Source: an uncultured delta proteobacterium
GTDB taxonomy: Bacteria; Myxococcota; UBA727; VGSZ01
NCBI GenBank assembly: GCA_963775425.1
Contig: CAVZJB010000007.1
Span: forward strand, 256,001-320,000
Length of the DNA: 64,000 nt
Reading direction: 5' to 3'
Shown here: positions 38,787-49,902 of the stretch, piece after piece
Layout of the letters: every line of letters starts with the position of its first letter
Numbering within the stretch: the stretch's first letter is position 1
The notes under the pieces: generated by a model
Databases searched by the model: none
The model's input: only the letters and a program-made list of their open reading frames with translations
Told to the model about the DNA's origin: nothing
Program-made: the position numbers and the translations under genes

Positions 38787-39127
38787 GCGGCGTTACGACA
38801 TTCACAGCGGCACAGCGTTCGTCGTCGACAACGACGTCGTGCCCCGCCGCGATTGTCTACGCCGCGCGCCTTCGGCGCCTCTCCCGCATCGGGGCGACGG
38901 CCGCCGCCGATGGATCACGTTGCGTCGCCCTTTGCGCTCAGCGGCGTTCAGACATTCACGACGTCGTGCCCCGCCGTTCTCGCATCGGGGCGACGGCCGG
39001 CGCACACGGCACGCACGGCATCGAGACGTAGGGCGTTTCCGACGCGGGGGACGAGCCCCCGCCCTACGGGGCGGCGACGCAGCCGACGTCAAGCCCCGCC
39101 GGGCCGACGTCGCGAATGGCAAACGGG
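38787..39127. repeat. Second copy of the REP/BIME-like composite repeat family
   Basis: Shares blocks with 33931-34580 (acgacgtcgtgccccgccgcga; gatggatcac..tttgcgctcagcggcg; gcccccgccctacggggcg). Confidence 0.85.
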
Positions 39128-39940
39128 CTAGTACGCGGCGTTTTCGAGGATGAGCTTCATGCGCACGAGGGCCAGCGTGCCGTTGGTGGGCGCGACGCGG
39201 ACGGCCTGGACGCCGCCGCCGGGGACGAGGCAGTCGGCGAGGTCGACGTCGACGACGTGGACGGTCCAGTCGTTGCTCATGGTGACGCCGGTGACGCCGC
39301 AGCCGTTCAAGGGGTTGTAGACGTCGAAGGTCACCGGCGACGACACCTCGCGCGCGCGCCCCTCGAGGCGCACCACGGCGCGGTCGTAGGACTGCAGCGA
39401 GCTCAGGCCGACCATGAGCTGGAGCTCGCCGTCGAGCTCCAGGCTGGTGCCGATGGGATCGTCGACGACCTGCATGTTGTTGAAGCGGTCCCAGGCCTCG
39501 GGATAGCTGGCGCCGTCGGCGGCCCACGAGGAGCCGGTGAAGCCCGGCGTCTGCGAAAAGGTGAACGCCGGCGACGTCGGCGTGAACGCGCTCGAGTAGT
39601 CGATCTGCAACCACACGTTGCCCGCGCCGTCGCCCTCGCCCTCGCCCTCGCCCTCGCCCACGACGTCACCTTCGCCTTCGCCTTCGCCCACGACGTCGCC
39701 TTCGCCCTCGCCCTCGCCGGCGACGTCGCCTTCGCCTTCGCCCTCGCCCGCGACGTCACCCTCGCCCTCGCCCTCGTCCCCGACGACGACGCCGGCGCCG
39801 GCGCCGTCGCGGTCGTGCATCTCGCGCGCGCCCCAGAAGCCCATGGGCATGCAGCCCACGAGCCCGAGGAGGCACAACCCGCCCAGCGCGCGCCACGGGG
39901 ACGGGCCAAAGACCGGATGAGCGGAGGCGGGGACGAGCAT
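39128..39940 (-). CDS. Lipoprotein with GDVxGEGEGE repeats
   Basis: Lipobox LVGC; about 5 acidic repeats followed by a beta-rich domain; start uncertain. Confidence 0.8.
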   Translation of the reverse strand: MLVPASAHPVFGPSPWRALGGLCLLGLVGCMPMGFWGAREMHDRDGAGAGVVVGDEGEGEGDVAGEGEGEGDVAGEGEGEGDVVGEGEGEGDVVGEGEGEGEGDGAGNVWLQIDYSSAFTPTSPAFTFSQTPGFTGSSWAADGASYPEAWDRFNNMQVVDDPIGTSLELDGELQLMVGLSSLQSYDRAVVRLEGRAREVSSPVTFDVYNPLNGCGVTGVTMSNDWTVHVVDVDLADCLVPGGGVQAVRVAPTNGTLALVRMKLILENAAY

Positions 39941-39998
39941 CGAGCGCGGCTTGTGCCCCGGCGGCGCCGGACACAAAAGACACGGAGGTGTGCAGCGG

Positions 39999-41447
39999 TC
40001 ACACGCCCGCGTCGACGGCCGCCCTCTCGAGGAGCCGCTTTTGCACCTTGCCCATGGCGTTTCGCGGCAGGGCGTCGACGACGAGGACGCCGCGAGGGAC
40101 CTTGGCCGACTGCAGCGTCACGTGGCCCTGGATGCGCGCGAGCAGCTCCGGCGGCGGCAGGCCCCCAAGCGGCGGATCGAGGACCACGCAGGCGACCACG
40201 CGCTGGCCCCACTCGCGGTCGGGGACGCCGACCACGGCGCACTCGCGCACGCCCGCGAGGGTCTGGAGCTTCTCCTCGATCTCGCGCGTGGAGATCTTGT
40301 AGCCGCCGACCTTCAGGATGTCCGTGGAGATGCGGCCGGCGACGGTGACGTACCCGTCGGCGTCGACGGTGACGAGGTCACCGGTCTTGAGCCAGCCGCC
40401 GTCGGCGAGCGCGGCGCGCGGCGCGTCGTCGTTGCGCCAGTACCCGCGCATGACGCCGGGCCCGCGGATCTGCAGCTCGCCGTCGACGACGCGCATCGAC
40501 ACGCCCGGGACGGGCTTGCCCACGGTGCCCGCCTTGCGCTCGCCGCGCACGGGGTTCGACAGCGTGATGAGCGTCTCGCTCATGCCGTAGCGCTCGACGA
40601 TGCGGTGACCGGTCTTGCGCTCGAAGTCCTCGAGGTCCGCCGCCGGCAGCGGCGCCGACCCCGACGTGAACAGCCGCGCCTTGGCGAGCACGGCGCCGTC
40701 GTCGGGGTGCGCGTCGAGGTGGTCGAGGAGCCGGCGGTACATCGTGGGCACGCCCATGAACACCGTGCCCCCGCGGGCGACGGCGTCGACGACCGCGGAC
40801 GGCGAGAACTTCGGCAAGAGCCGCGTGCGCGCGCCCTTGATGAGCGCGCCGTGGAGGGCGACGCACAGGCCGTGGACGTGAAAAAGCGGCAGCGCGTGCA
40901 CGACCTCGTCGTCACTCGTGATCTCCCAGAGCGTGGCGAGCGCGTCCACGGCGCCGACGACGTTGGCGAACGAGAGCGTGCAGCCCTTGCTCTTGCCGGT
41001 GGTGCCCGAGGTGTAGATGAGCAGCGCCACGTCGCCGTCCGCCGGCAGACCCGCGGCCCCGTCGGGGGCGCCATCGCGGGTCTCCGGGCCGGCGGCGAGG
41101 GCGGCGGCGGGGCCGGCGGCGAGGGCGGCGGCGTCGAGGACGAGGCGGGCGCCGCTGTCGCCGACGACGTGGGCGCGCTCCTCGGCGCCGTAGCCGGGGT
41201 TCACCGGGACGTGGACGAAGCCCGCGCGGTGGTTGGCCAGGGCGGCGACCACGACGGCGACGCTGTTGTCCGCGCACACGGCCACGCGGTCGCCCGGGGC
41301 GGCTCCCTGCGCCGCCAGGGAGGCCGCCAGGGCGCGTGAGGCGTCGTCGAGCTCCTTCCACGTGACGGCGGAGTCACCGTGGCGGAGCGCCGGCGCCGCG
41401 GATCGACCGATAACGTGATGCAGGAGTTGACGCGACGCAGCGTGCAC
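39999..41447 (-). CDS. Acyl-CoA synthetase (MatB/malonyl-CoA synthetase-like)
   Basis: YTSGTTGKSKG, LPLFHVHG, ERYGMSE, TGD, PRNAMGKVQK. Confidence 0.92.
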   Translation of the reverse strand: MHAASRQLLHHVIGRSAAPALRHGDSAVTWKELDDASRALAASLAAQGAAPGDRVAVCADNSVAVVVAALANHRAGFVHVPVNPGYGAEERAHVVGDSGARLVLDAAALAAGPAAALAAGPETRDGAPDGAAGLPADGDVALLIYTSGTTGKSKGCTLSFANVVGAVDALATLWEITSDDEVVHALPLFHVHGLCVALHGALIKGARTRLLPKFSPSAVVDAVARGGTVFMGVPTMYRRLLDHLDAHPDDGAVLAKARLFTSGSAPLPAADLEDFERKTGHRIVERYGMSETLITLSNPVRGERKAGTVGKPVPGVSMRVVDGELQIRGPGVMRGYWRNDDAPRAALADGGWLKTGDLVTVDADGYVTVAGRISTDILKVGGYKISTREIEEKLQTLAGVRECAVVGVPDREWGQRVVACVVLDPPLGGLPPPELLARIQGHVTLQSAKVPRGVLVVDALPRNAMGKVQKRLLERAAVDAGV

Positions 41448-41485
41448 TTTCGAACCCCGGTGATACGAGACACCTCCCCGAGATC

Positions 41486-41989
41486 ATGACGAGCCTTCAG
41501 GATCAATACGCGCCGAGAAACGCTTGCTTCGGGTGCGGACCCGCGAACGAGCGAGGCTTGCGCATCAAGTCCTTCGTCGAGCACCGCGAGGACGGCGACG
41601 TCGTCGTGTGTAGCTGGACGCCGGAGAAGCACCACGAGGCCTTCGACGGCATGCTGAGCGGCGGCATCGCCGGCACGCTCCTCGACTGCCACTCCAACTG
41701 GGCCGCCGCCTGGCACCTCATGAACAAGCGCGGCGAGCGCACGCCGCCTTGCACGGTCACGGCTGAATTCCACGTGAAGCTCAAGCGCCCCACGCCCACC
41801 AACAACGGGCCGCTCAAGCTCACCGCGCGGGTGGTGGAGAGCACCGACGACAGCGCCACCGTCGAGGCCACGCTCGAGGCCCCGTACCCCGGAAGCGACG
41901 GCGGGCCCCCCACGTTCAAGGTGACGTCGACCTGCCGCGGCGTCTTCGTCGCGGTGAAGGAGGGGCACCCGGCCTTTCATCGATGGTGA
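41486..41989 (+). CDS. PaaI/hotdog thioesterase
   Basis: CFGCG..N..GL, GGIAGTLLDCH, VTAEFHVKLKRPTP. Confidence 0.88.
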   Translation: MTSLQDQYAPRNACFGCGPANERGLRIKSFVEHREDGDVVVCSWTPEKHHEAFDGMLSGGIAGTLLDCHSNWAAAWHLMNKRGERTPPCTVTAEFHVKLKRPTPTNNGPLKLTARVVESTDDSATVEATLEAPYPGSDGGPPTFKVTSTCRGVFVAVKEGHPAFHRW

Positions 41990-42387
41990 TGCGCACGCTC
42001 TCCGGTGGTTGCCACTGCGGCGACGTCCGCTTCGAGGTCGACATCGACTTCGAGGTCACGCAGGTCGTCGACTGCAACTGCACCATCTGCAGGAAGAAGG
42101 GGACGCTGCACGCCATCGTCCCGCCCGCGCAGTTCCGCCTGCTGACGCCGGCGGAGGCGCTCAGCACCTACCGCTTCAACACCGGCGTCGCCGCGCACAC
42201 CTTCTGCGCGCGCTGCGGGATCCACGCGTTCTACCGGCCGCGGAGCCACCCGGGGCACATCGATGTGAACGTTCGTTGCCTCGACGATGTGGATGTCTCA
42301 GCCCTCCCCATCCGGCCCTTCGACGGGCAGAATTGGGAGGCCAACGTCGCCTCTCTGCACGCCGCCGCCGCGGCGGAGGTCCCTTGA
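41989..42387 (+). CDS. GFA/CENP-V family zinc protein
   Basis: GGCHCG, CNCTIC, HTFCARCG, VNVRC. Confidence 0.92.
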   Translation: MRTLSGGCHCGDVRFEVDIDFEVTQVVDCNCTICRKKGTLHAIVPPAQFRLLTPAEALSTYRFNTGVAAHTFCARCGIHAFYRPRSHPGHIDVNVRCLDDVDVSALPIRPFDGQNWEANVASLHAAAAAEVP

Positions 42388-43181
42388 AGCTGGAGCTGCA
42401 CCGCTACCCGCGGACCCGTCACCTCGAGGGCAGCGCCGTGCAGCACGGCGACGAGGACATGGATCGCGTGCCGTTTTCGGCCATGGCGGACAAGCACCTC
42501 GTGGTGAGCGAGAAGGTGGACGGCGCCAACGCGGCCGTGTCGTTCACGTCGGGCGGGCGGCTGCTCCTGCAGAGCCGCAGCCGCTTCCTCGACGAGGTGC
42601 TCCTCGAAAATCGCGCCTTCGACGGCCCCTACGCGGGCTTTCGCGAGTGGGCGTGCGAGCACGAAGACGTGCTGTGGCCGGTGCTGCGCGACCGCTACGT
42701 GATGTTCGGCGAGTGGGTGCTGGCGAAGCAGGCGGTGTTCTACGACGCGCTGCCGAACGCCTTCCTCGAGCTCGACGTCCTCGACAAGGAGACCGGGCTG
42801 TTCCTCTCGACGCCCGTGCGGCGCACCCTCCTGCGGCGGCTGCCCATCGTGAGCGCGCCGCTCCTCGCCGAAGGCCGCTTCTCCACGCTCGACGAGGTGC
42901 GCAAGCTCATCGGGCCCTCGCGCTTCAAGACGCCGGGCTGGCGTGACGAGCTGTTGTGCGCCATCGCCGACGCCGAGGTCTCCGACAGCGAGCGCTTCGT
43001 GCGCGAGACCGACCCGTCCGACGACATGGAGGGCGTGGTGCTCAAGGTCGAGGTCGACGGCGCCGTCGTCGAGCGCGCCAAGTTCGTGCGCGAGGGCTTC
43101 AAGTCCCCGTTCCTGCACTCGAGCTCGCAGTGGTTCGCCGCCCGCAAGGTGCGCAACCGCATCGCCGGGCTGTCCCCGTAG
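42384..43181 (+). CDS. RNA ligase family protein (ATP-dependent nucleotidyltransferase)
   Basis: TTG start with GGAGG RBS; YPRTRHL, EKVDGAN, FGEW, MEGVVLK, RAKFVR. Confidence 0.85.
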   Translation: MKLELHRYPRTRHLEGSAVQHGDEDMDRVPFSAMADKHLVVSEKVDGANAAVSFTSGGRLLLQSRSRFLDEVLLENRAFDGPYAGFREWACEHEDVLWPVLRDRYVMFGEWVLAKQAVFYDALPNAFLELDVLDKETGLFLSTPVRRTLLRRLPIVSAPLLAEGRFSTLDEVRKLIGPSRFKTPGWRDELLCAIADAEVSDSERFVRETDPSDDMEGVVLKVEVDGAVVERAKFVREGFKSPFLHSSSQWFAARKVRNRIAGLSP

Positions 43182-44600
43182 CTAGAACTTGAAGTAGATG
43201 AAGGGCTGCACCTCGAAGCTCGCGATCTGCTTGATGAACAGCGCGAGCGCCACGAGGACCAGGGCGCGCACCACCACCGGGGTGCGCGCGAAGACGTCGG
43301 CGAGGCGGCCGTAGGTCTTGTGCGTCAGGAAGTGGCCGACGACGGCGAGGGCGAGCACCAGCAGCAGCGTGGGCGTGAGGTTGGGGTTGTTGGAGGAGTC
43401 CTTGAACTGCTCCCAGAACATCATCTTGGCGTAGTCGATGTCCTTGGCGCGGAACACCAGCCGCGCCTCCATGACGGCGAGGAAGGTCGCCAGCGTGGAG
43501 ACGACGACGCCGAACGTCCCCGGGTTCTTGGGCGGGCCGCCGCGCCACCACCACCAGATGCGGTTCAAGGAGAGGCCGACGCCGTGCACCGCGCCCCACA
43601 GCGCGAAGCGCCAGTCCGCGCCGTGCCACACGCCGCCGAGGATCATGGTGATCATCAGGTTCACGAGCGTGCGCGCCTTGGTGCTGCGGTTTCCGCCGAG
43701 CGGGATGTAGAGGTAGTCGCGCAGCCACGTCGACAGCGAGATGTGCCAGCGGCGCCAGAACTCCGAGAGGTTCTTGGAGAGGTACGGCTTGTTGAAGTTC
43801 TCTTTGATCTTGTAGCCGAACAGCGCCGCGATCCCGATGGCCATGTCGGAGTACGCTGAGAAGTCGTAGTAGATCTGGATGGTGTAGGCGAAGACGGCGG
43901 CCGCGACCTCGAGCCCGGAGTAGTTCGTGGGATCGGCGAAGACGCGGTCGACGAGGTTGGCCGAGAGGAAGTCGGCGATCACCAGCTTCTTGAACATGCC
44001 GGTGGCGATGCGGAAGAGCGCGCGCGCGCCGGTCTTGTCGTCGAGGGTGGGGCGCTCGTCGATCTGGGGCAGGAAGTCGGCCGCGCGCACGATGGGGCCG
44101 GCGACGACGTGCGGGAAGAAGGTCATGAACACGGCGACGTCGAGCCAGTTGCTGCGCGCCTTGAGCTCGCGGCGGTAGACGTCGATGCTGTAGCTCATGC
44201 CCTCGAACACGATGAACGACAGGCCCACGGGCAGGATGAGCCCGAGCGGCTGGTAGACGAGGTGGACGCCGAGCAGCGCGGCGCCGTCGACGACGCTCTT
44301 GGTGATCCAGTCGGCGTACTTGAACAGCCCCAGGAGCCCGAGGTTGTTGAGGATGGAGATCGCGACGACGGCCTTGCGCTTCCACGGCGTTTCCACGCGG
44401 GCGAGCCAGCGCCCGACGAGCCAGTCCACGGTGGTCAGGTGGATGAGCAGCACCGCCGGCGCGGGGTTCCACGCCATGTAGAAGATCATGCTGCCGATGA
44501 AGAGGAACAGCTTGCGCAGCCAGGGCCGGTCGGCGGCCGACCAGTACAGCGTGAAGACCACCGGCAGGAACAGCAGGAACTGCAGCGAGTGGAACAGCAT
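43182..44600 (-). CDS. MBOAT O-acyltransferase (AlgI/PatA-like)
   Basis: MLFHS, LPVGLSF, DFSAYSDMAIG, EFWRRWHISLS, GVWHGA. Confidence 0.95.
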   Translation of the reverse strand: MLFHSLQFLLFLPVVFTLYWSAADRPWLRKLFLFIGSMIFYMAWNPAPAVLLIHLTTVDWLVGRWLARVETPWKRKAVVAISILNNLGLLGLFKYADWITKSVVDGAALLGVHLVYQPLGLILPVGLSFIVFEGMSYSIDVYRRELKARSNWLDVAVFMTFFPHVVAGPIVRAADFLPQIDERPTLDDKTGARALFRIATGMFKKLVIADFLSANLVDRVFADPTNYSGLEVAAAVFAYTIQIYYDFSAYSDMAIGIAALFGYKIKENFNKPYLSKNLSEFWRRWHISLSTWLRDYLYIPLGGNRSTKARTLVNLMITMILGGVWHGADWRFALWGAVHGVGLSLNRIWWWWRGGPPKNPGTFGVVVSTLATFLAVMEARLVFRAKDIDYAKMMFWEQFKDSSNNPNLTPTLLLVLALAVVGHFLTHKTYGRLADVFARTPVVVRALVLVALALFIKQIASFEVQPFIYFKF

Positions 44601-47600
44601 CAGCCACCCCGCCTGTCGACGAGGGACGCCCGCTGTCCGCCCTGTCCGGCCTGGCCGCTCTGTCCGCCCTGGCCGTCGTCGTCGTCGGCGAGGGCGGCGG
44701 CGTCGACCTCCTCGAGCGCGCTGTCGTAGGCGTACGCCGCCATGAGGTCGTCGATGACGAGGTCGGCCAGCTTCTCGTAGCCCTTCCTGGTGAAGTGGAC
44801 GTGGTCGGCGTTGCCGAGGCCGGCGGCGACCCACTTGTCCATGGAGCCCGGCCCGCCCATCGCCGTGCGCAGCGAGAAGAACGCGCAGCCCTCGGCGGCG
44901 GCGACGCGGCGCTGTACGCGCTCGACGAGGTCGTGCGCCGGCGCGCGCTTCCACACCCCGTTTTTGTCGTCGAGGCGGTCGGACGCGCCGATGATGAGGC
45001 AGTCGGCGCCCGGCGACGCGGCGAGCAGCGTGCGCAGCGTCTTTTCGAAGTGGTAGCGGTAGGTGGCGTCGTCGAGCGAGCGGATGCCCGCCTCGTTGGT
45101 GCCCCACGCCGTGACCACGAGGTCGTAGTGGCGCGCGTGCACCTCGGCGCCGAGCAGGTCCTGGCGCCAGCGCTGCGGCGTCATGCCCGTGGTGCCCGGC
45201 AGGCCGACGGCGTCGAAGACGATGCCGGGCCGGTCGCGCTCCTCGACGACGGACAGCAGGTGTACCGGCCCCCCCTCGCCGCCGGCGCCGCGGCCCGAGC
45301 GCGCGTCGGCGACCGGGGAGAGCGGCCGCGCTCGATCGCCGCGCACGTCGATCTCGACAGACGCGAGCGTGCCGTCGATGGGGAGCTTCAGGAACTGCAC
45401 GTCGCTCGTGGGGTCGCGGTCGTCGGGCGAGATGGCCGCGACGGTCTTGCCGTCGACGGCGACGTCGGCGATGCCCATGTCGGGCGTGTACAGCCACGCG
45501 ATCTGCAGCGTGCCCGTGGACGGCGCGCAGCCGAAGGGCGCCTCGCGCTTGCCGATCGACGAAGGCACGGGGTTGCAAAACGAGATGGAGAACTGCGCGC
45601 CCGGCTCGAGCCTGGCCTTGGTCCCCGACATGCCGACGGCGCCGCCGAGCACCACCTCGCGCCCGTCGGCGATCTCGAACGGCCCCGACAGCGAGCGCGA
45701 CACGCCGCCCGCCTCGAGGCGTCGGCTGCGCCGCTCCACGCTCACGAAGCCGCGGCCCGCGACGCCGAAGCGCGCGCCCAGCCGGCGGCGCATGCGATCC
45801 GTCCACATCTGCCCGGCCGTGTGCGAGGCGCCGAGCTGGCCGATGGTGACGTGCCCGTCGGTGAGCGTGTCGACGTCGCCGTCTTCGAGCGCGCGCAGCT
45901 TCTTGAAGAAGCGCCCGAGGGCGCGCTTCTTCGGCGGCGGCGCGTCCTTGCCCTTGATGACCACCGCCGGGCGCTCCTCGGAGGGGAACGACAGCCCGGC
46001 GTAGACGGGCGCGCGCACGCGCGCGCTCTTGCGCCGCGACACGACGACGGCGTCGCTCTGCGCCGGCGTCTTCACGTACGCGTCGAGGAGCGCGTCGGCG
46101 AAGAGCTGCCCGAGCACGTCGCCGCCGCGCCACGTGGGGTGCACGAGGTCCTCGGAGAGCATGCCGTGGTCGCGGAAGCGCGTGAGCGCGCCCGAGCCGC
46201 CCATGGCGGAGAACAGATCGAAGTACGCGCAGCCCTCGCGCTCGGCCACCGCGCGCTGCACCTTCATGACCTCGTAGATCTGCGGCCGCGTACGCAGCTC
46301 CTCGCCCGCCGCCGTGGCCTTGACGGCGTCGATGGGCGCCACCAACAGGCACGACGCCGACGGCGCCGCCGTCTTCAGCCGCTGCACGAGCTCCGTGAGG
46401 GCCTTTTCGAAGGTGGGCGGATCGAGCGTGCCGTAGCTCAAGGAGCGGGTCTCGTTGCCGCCGAGCATCACCGTGTAGAGCGCCGGCTCGCGCTGGGCGA
46501 TCTGCCGCTCGAAGATGTCGGCGTCGGAGCCGTCGACGTAGAGCTTGGCCGACGCCGCCGGAACGCCGATGGTGTCGACCATGACGCCGCCGTGGTCGGC
46601 CTCGAGCGCCACGCCGAACACGCGGGCGTCCCTGCCCTCCGCGACCAACGTCAGCGCGGTGGTGCCCGCGGGCAGATCGACGTCGACGAGCTCGTCCGTG
46701 GTCTTGACCGGCGACACCTTGGGGATGGCCTCGATCTTGGCCACCACGAGCGAGCCCGAGGTCCCGCGCGCCTCGAGGTGCATGGCCGGCTGCCCGGCGT
46801 GCTCGAGGTAGAAGAGGCGGGCGTGGTCGGCGCCGCGGGTCTTCCACGTGGTGCGCTCGCCGGGCCCGCTCGACGCGTGCAGCGAGCCGGTGAAGCCGAA
46901 CGGGCCGAGCTTGCTGCCGTCCCTGGGCGCGTCCTCGATGAAGGTCTCGATGTCCCAGCCGGGCGTGCCCTCGCCCGTGCGCACGCGGCGGCCCGCGACC
47001 TTGCTCAGGCGCTCGGGCAAGAGGAAGCCGCGGCCGGCGGAGCCGAAGCGCTCCACGAGGCGCGCGCGCACGACGTCGGTGACGTGGTCGGAGGCGATGA
47101 GCGAGTTGCCGAGGACAACGACGTCGGCGCGGGCGCTGTCGTCGCCGGCGGCGATGGCGTCGAGGGTGGCGAAGAACGCGCCGAGCGCCTCGGGGTGCTC
47201 GACGGCGGCGCCGGGCGCCTTCACGCTCCTGGCCTGCGCGCGGAAGTGGTCCGCCTTGGGAGAGCGCGCGTCGGCGACGACGGCGGCGCGGTCGACGTGG
47301 GCGACCCGGGCCTGCGCGGGCCGGGAGGGGGCGGACGGCGACACGGGGACGTCCTTCAAGGCCTCGACGTCGGCGCGGCCGTCGCGCTTCTTCCACAGCT
47401 CGCGCTCCTCGGCGTCGATGCCCTGGCCCTCGGGGGCGTCGCGCCCGTCGACGCCGCCGCCGGCCGCCAGCTTCTCCTCGACGTGCTGCAGCGTCATCTT
47501 GGGCTTGGCGAACACGCGAGCGGCCACGCGCTTGGCGTCCGCGGGGGAGCGCAGCTCGAGCGGCTTGAGCCACGACGGCAGCGGCGCTACCGCGAGCGCC

Positions 47601-47701
47601 ACCGACACGCCGAGGAAGATGGCCAGCGTCGCCGCCGTCGAGCGGATGCTCCCGCGCGCGGGCGGGGTGATCTCGGGGCCGGACGGGCGCTGTGCTTCCA
47701 C
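44600..47701 (-). CDS. Membrane-anchored protein with two SGNH/GDSL domains (PatB/Ape-like)
   Basis: GNSL..GGNE..DLVHP and GASH..GTNE..DHVHF catalytic sets; N-terminal TM segment. Confidence 0.88.
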   Translation of the reverse strand: MEAQRPSGPEITPPARGSIRSTAATLAIFLGVSVALAVAPLPSWLKPLELRSPADAKRVAARVFAKPKMTLQHVEEKLAAGGGVDGRDAPEGQGIDAEERELWKKRDGRADVEALKDVPVSPSAPSRPAQARVAHVDRAAVVADARSPKADHFRAQARSVKAPGAAVEHPEALGAFFATLDAIAAGDDSARADVVVLGNSLIASDHVTDVVRARLVERFGSAGRGFLLPERLSKVAGRRVRTGEGTPGWDIETFIEDAPRDGSKLGPFGFTGSLHASSGPGERTTWKTRGADHARLFYLEHAGQPAMHLEARGTSGSLVVAKIEAIPKVSPVKTTDELVDVDLPAGTTALTLVAEGRDARVFGVALEADHGGVMVDTIGVPAASAKLYVDGSDADIFERQIAQREPALYTVMLGGNETRSLSYGTLDPPTFEKALTELVQRLKTAAPSASCLLVAPIDAVKATAAGEELRTRPQIYEVMKVQRAVAEREGCAYFDLFSAMGGSGALTRFRDHGMLSEDLVHPTWRGGDVLGQLFADALLDAYVKTPAQSDAVVVSRRKSARVRAPVYAGLSFPSEERPAVVIKGKDAPPPKKRALGRFFKKLRALEDGDVDTLTDGHVTIGQLGASHTAGQMWTDRMRRRLGARFGVAGRGFVSVERRSRRLEAGGVSRSLSGPFEIADGREVVLGGAVGMSGTKARLEPGAQFSISFCNPVPSSIGKREAPFGCAPSTGTLQIAWLYTPDMGIADVAVDGKTVAAISPDDRDPTSDVQFLKLPIDGTLASVEIDVRGDRARPLSPVADARSGRGAGGEGGPVHLLSVVEERDRPGIVFDAVGLPGTTGMTPQRWRQDLLGAEVHARHYDLVVTAWGTNEAGIRSLDDATYRYHFEKTLRTLLAASPGADCLIIGASDRLDDKNGVWKRAPAHDLVERVQRRVAAAEGCAFFSLRTAMGGPGSMDKWVAAGLGNADHVHFTRKGYEKLADLVIDDLMAAYAYDSALEEVDAAALADDDDGQGGQSGQAGQGGQRASLVDRRGG

Positions 47702-47817
47702 CGGAGCCCATTGGAGCCCGATGGAGCCGCCCGCTCAAGTTTTCGGACGCACGTCCCCGATCTCCGACGATCGCGCACCGCATCGCACATCCCGCCCGGG
47801 GCTGGTATGACGCCCCC

Positions 47818-48159
47818 ATGACGACGGCGACGAGCGACACCATGGACGAAAAGACCTTCCGCGACCTCGCCGGCGCCACCGTCGAGCGCCTGCGGGCGTC
47901 GCTCGACGCGCAGGACCCCGACGTCGTCGAAGCGGTGATGGAGGCCGGCGTCCTGAAGCTCGCCTTCCCCGCGGGCACGCCGTGGGTCGTGAACCTCCAG
48001 CCTCCCGTGCGCGAGCTCTGGCTCGCCGCCAATCGCCAGGCCTGGCACTTCCGCTACGACGGCGCCCGCTGGCTCGACAAGAAGGGCAGCGGCGCCGAGC
48101 TCTTCTCCACCCTGTCGTCGCTGCTGTCGACGCGCCTCGGGGCGGCCGTCGAGCTGTGA
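47818..48159 (+). CDS. cyaY: Iron donor protein CyaY (frataxin)
   Basis: GVLKL, VVNLQPPVRELWLA, WHF. Confidence 0.9.
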   Translation: MTTATSDTMDEKTFRDLAGATVERLRASLDAQDPDVVEAVMEAGVLKLAFPAGTPWVVNLQPPVRELWLAANRQAWHFRYDGARWLDKKGSGAELFSTLSSLLSTRLGAAVEL

Positions 48160-48322
48160 CGGCGAAGGATGGACGTCCGCCCCATGGCGCCACGACGCCC
48201 GGCGCGGGAGCAACAGCGCGGCGTCGAGCGTGGCAGGGCCCGCGGCCGCAGCGACGACGCGCGCGGACGCCGTTGCCGGCCGTAACGGCGTCGCATATGC
48301 CCGCGCGAAACGGAGCACCGCC

Positions 48323-49639
<1,317 letters not shown>

Positions 49640-49902
49640 CGCCTCTCGAAGGTCGCAGCGGACTGCGCGGCCGCCGCGCTTCCAGTTGGGGGCTTGTCGT
49701 CGTCGTCGACGCGATGCCGCGCGCCGAGACACGTTTGCCGCGCGCTGGCCGACTTCGCCGCGGGTCTTTGGATCGCGGCGCGCCGCACAACGCATGTGTC
49801 TCGCGGAAGCGCGAGCTCCGCGAGCGGGCCCGATAGAGCCGATCGGGTAAGCGGGGGGCCCCGCGCAGCGGGGGGCCCGGAGGGCCCGGCTGTCCGCGCG
49901 CG

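Noticed and set aside
43182-48032. 1616-aa ORF suggesting a giant MBOAT fusion
   Set aside because: Only the last 472 aa (from the ATG at 44600) are MBOAT; the rest is an off-frame read of the SGNH gene
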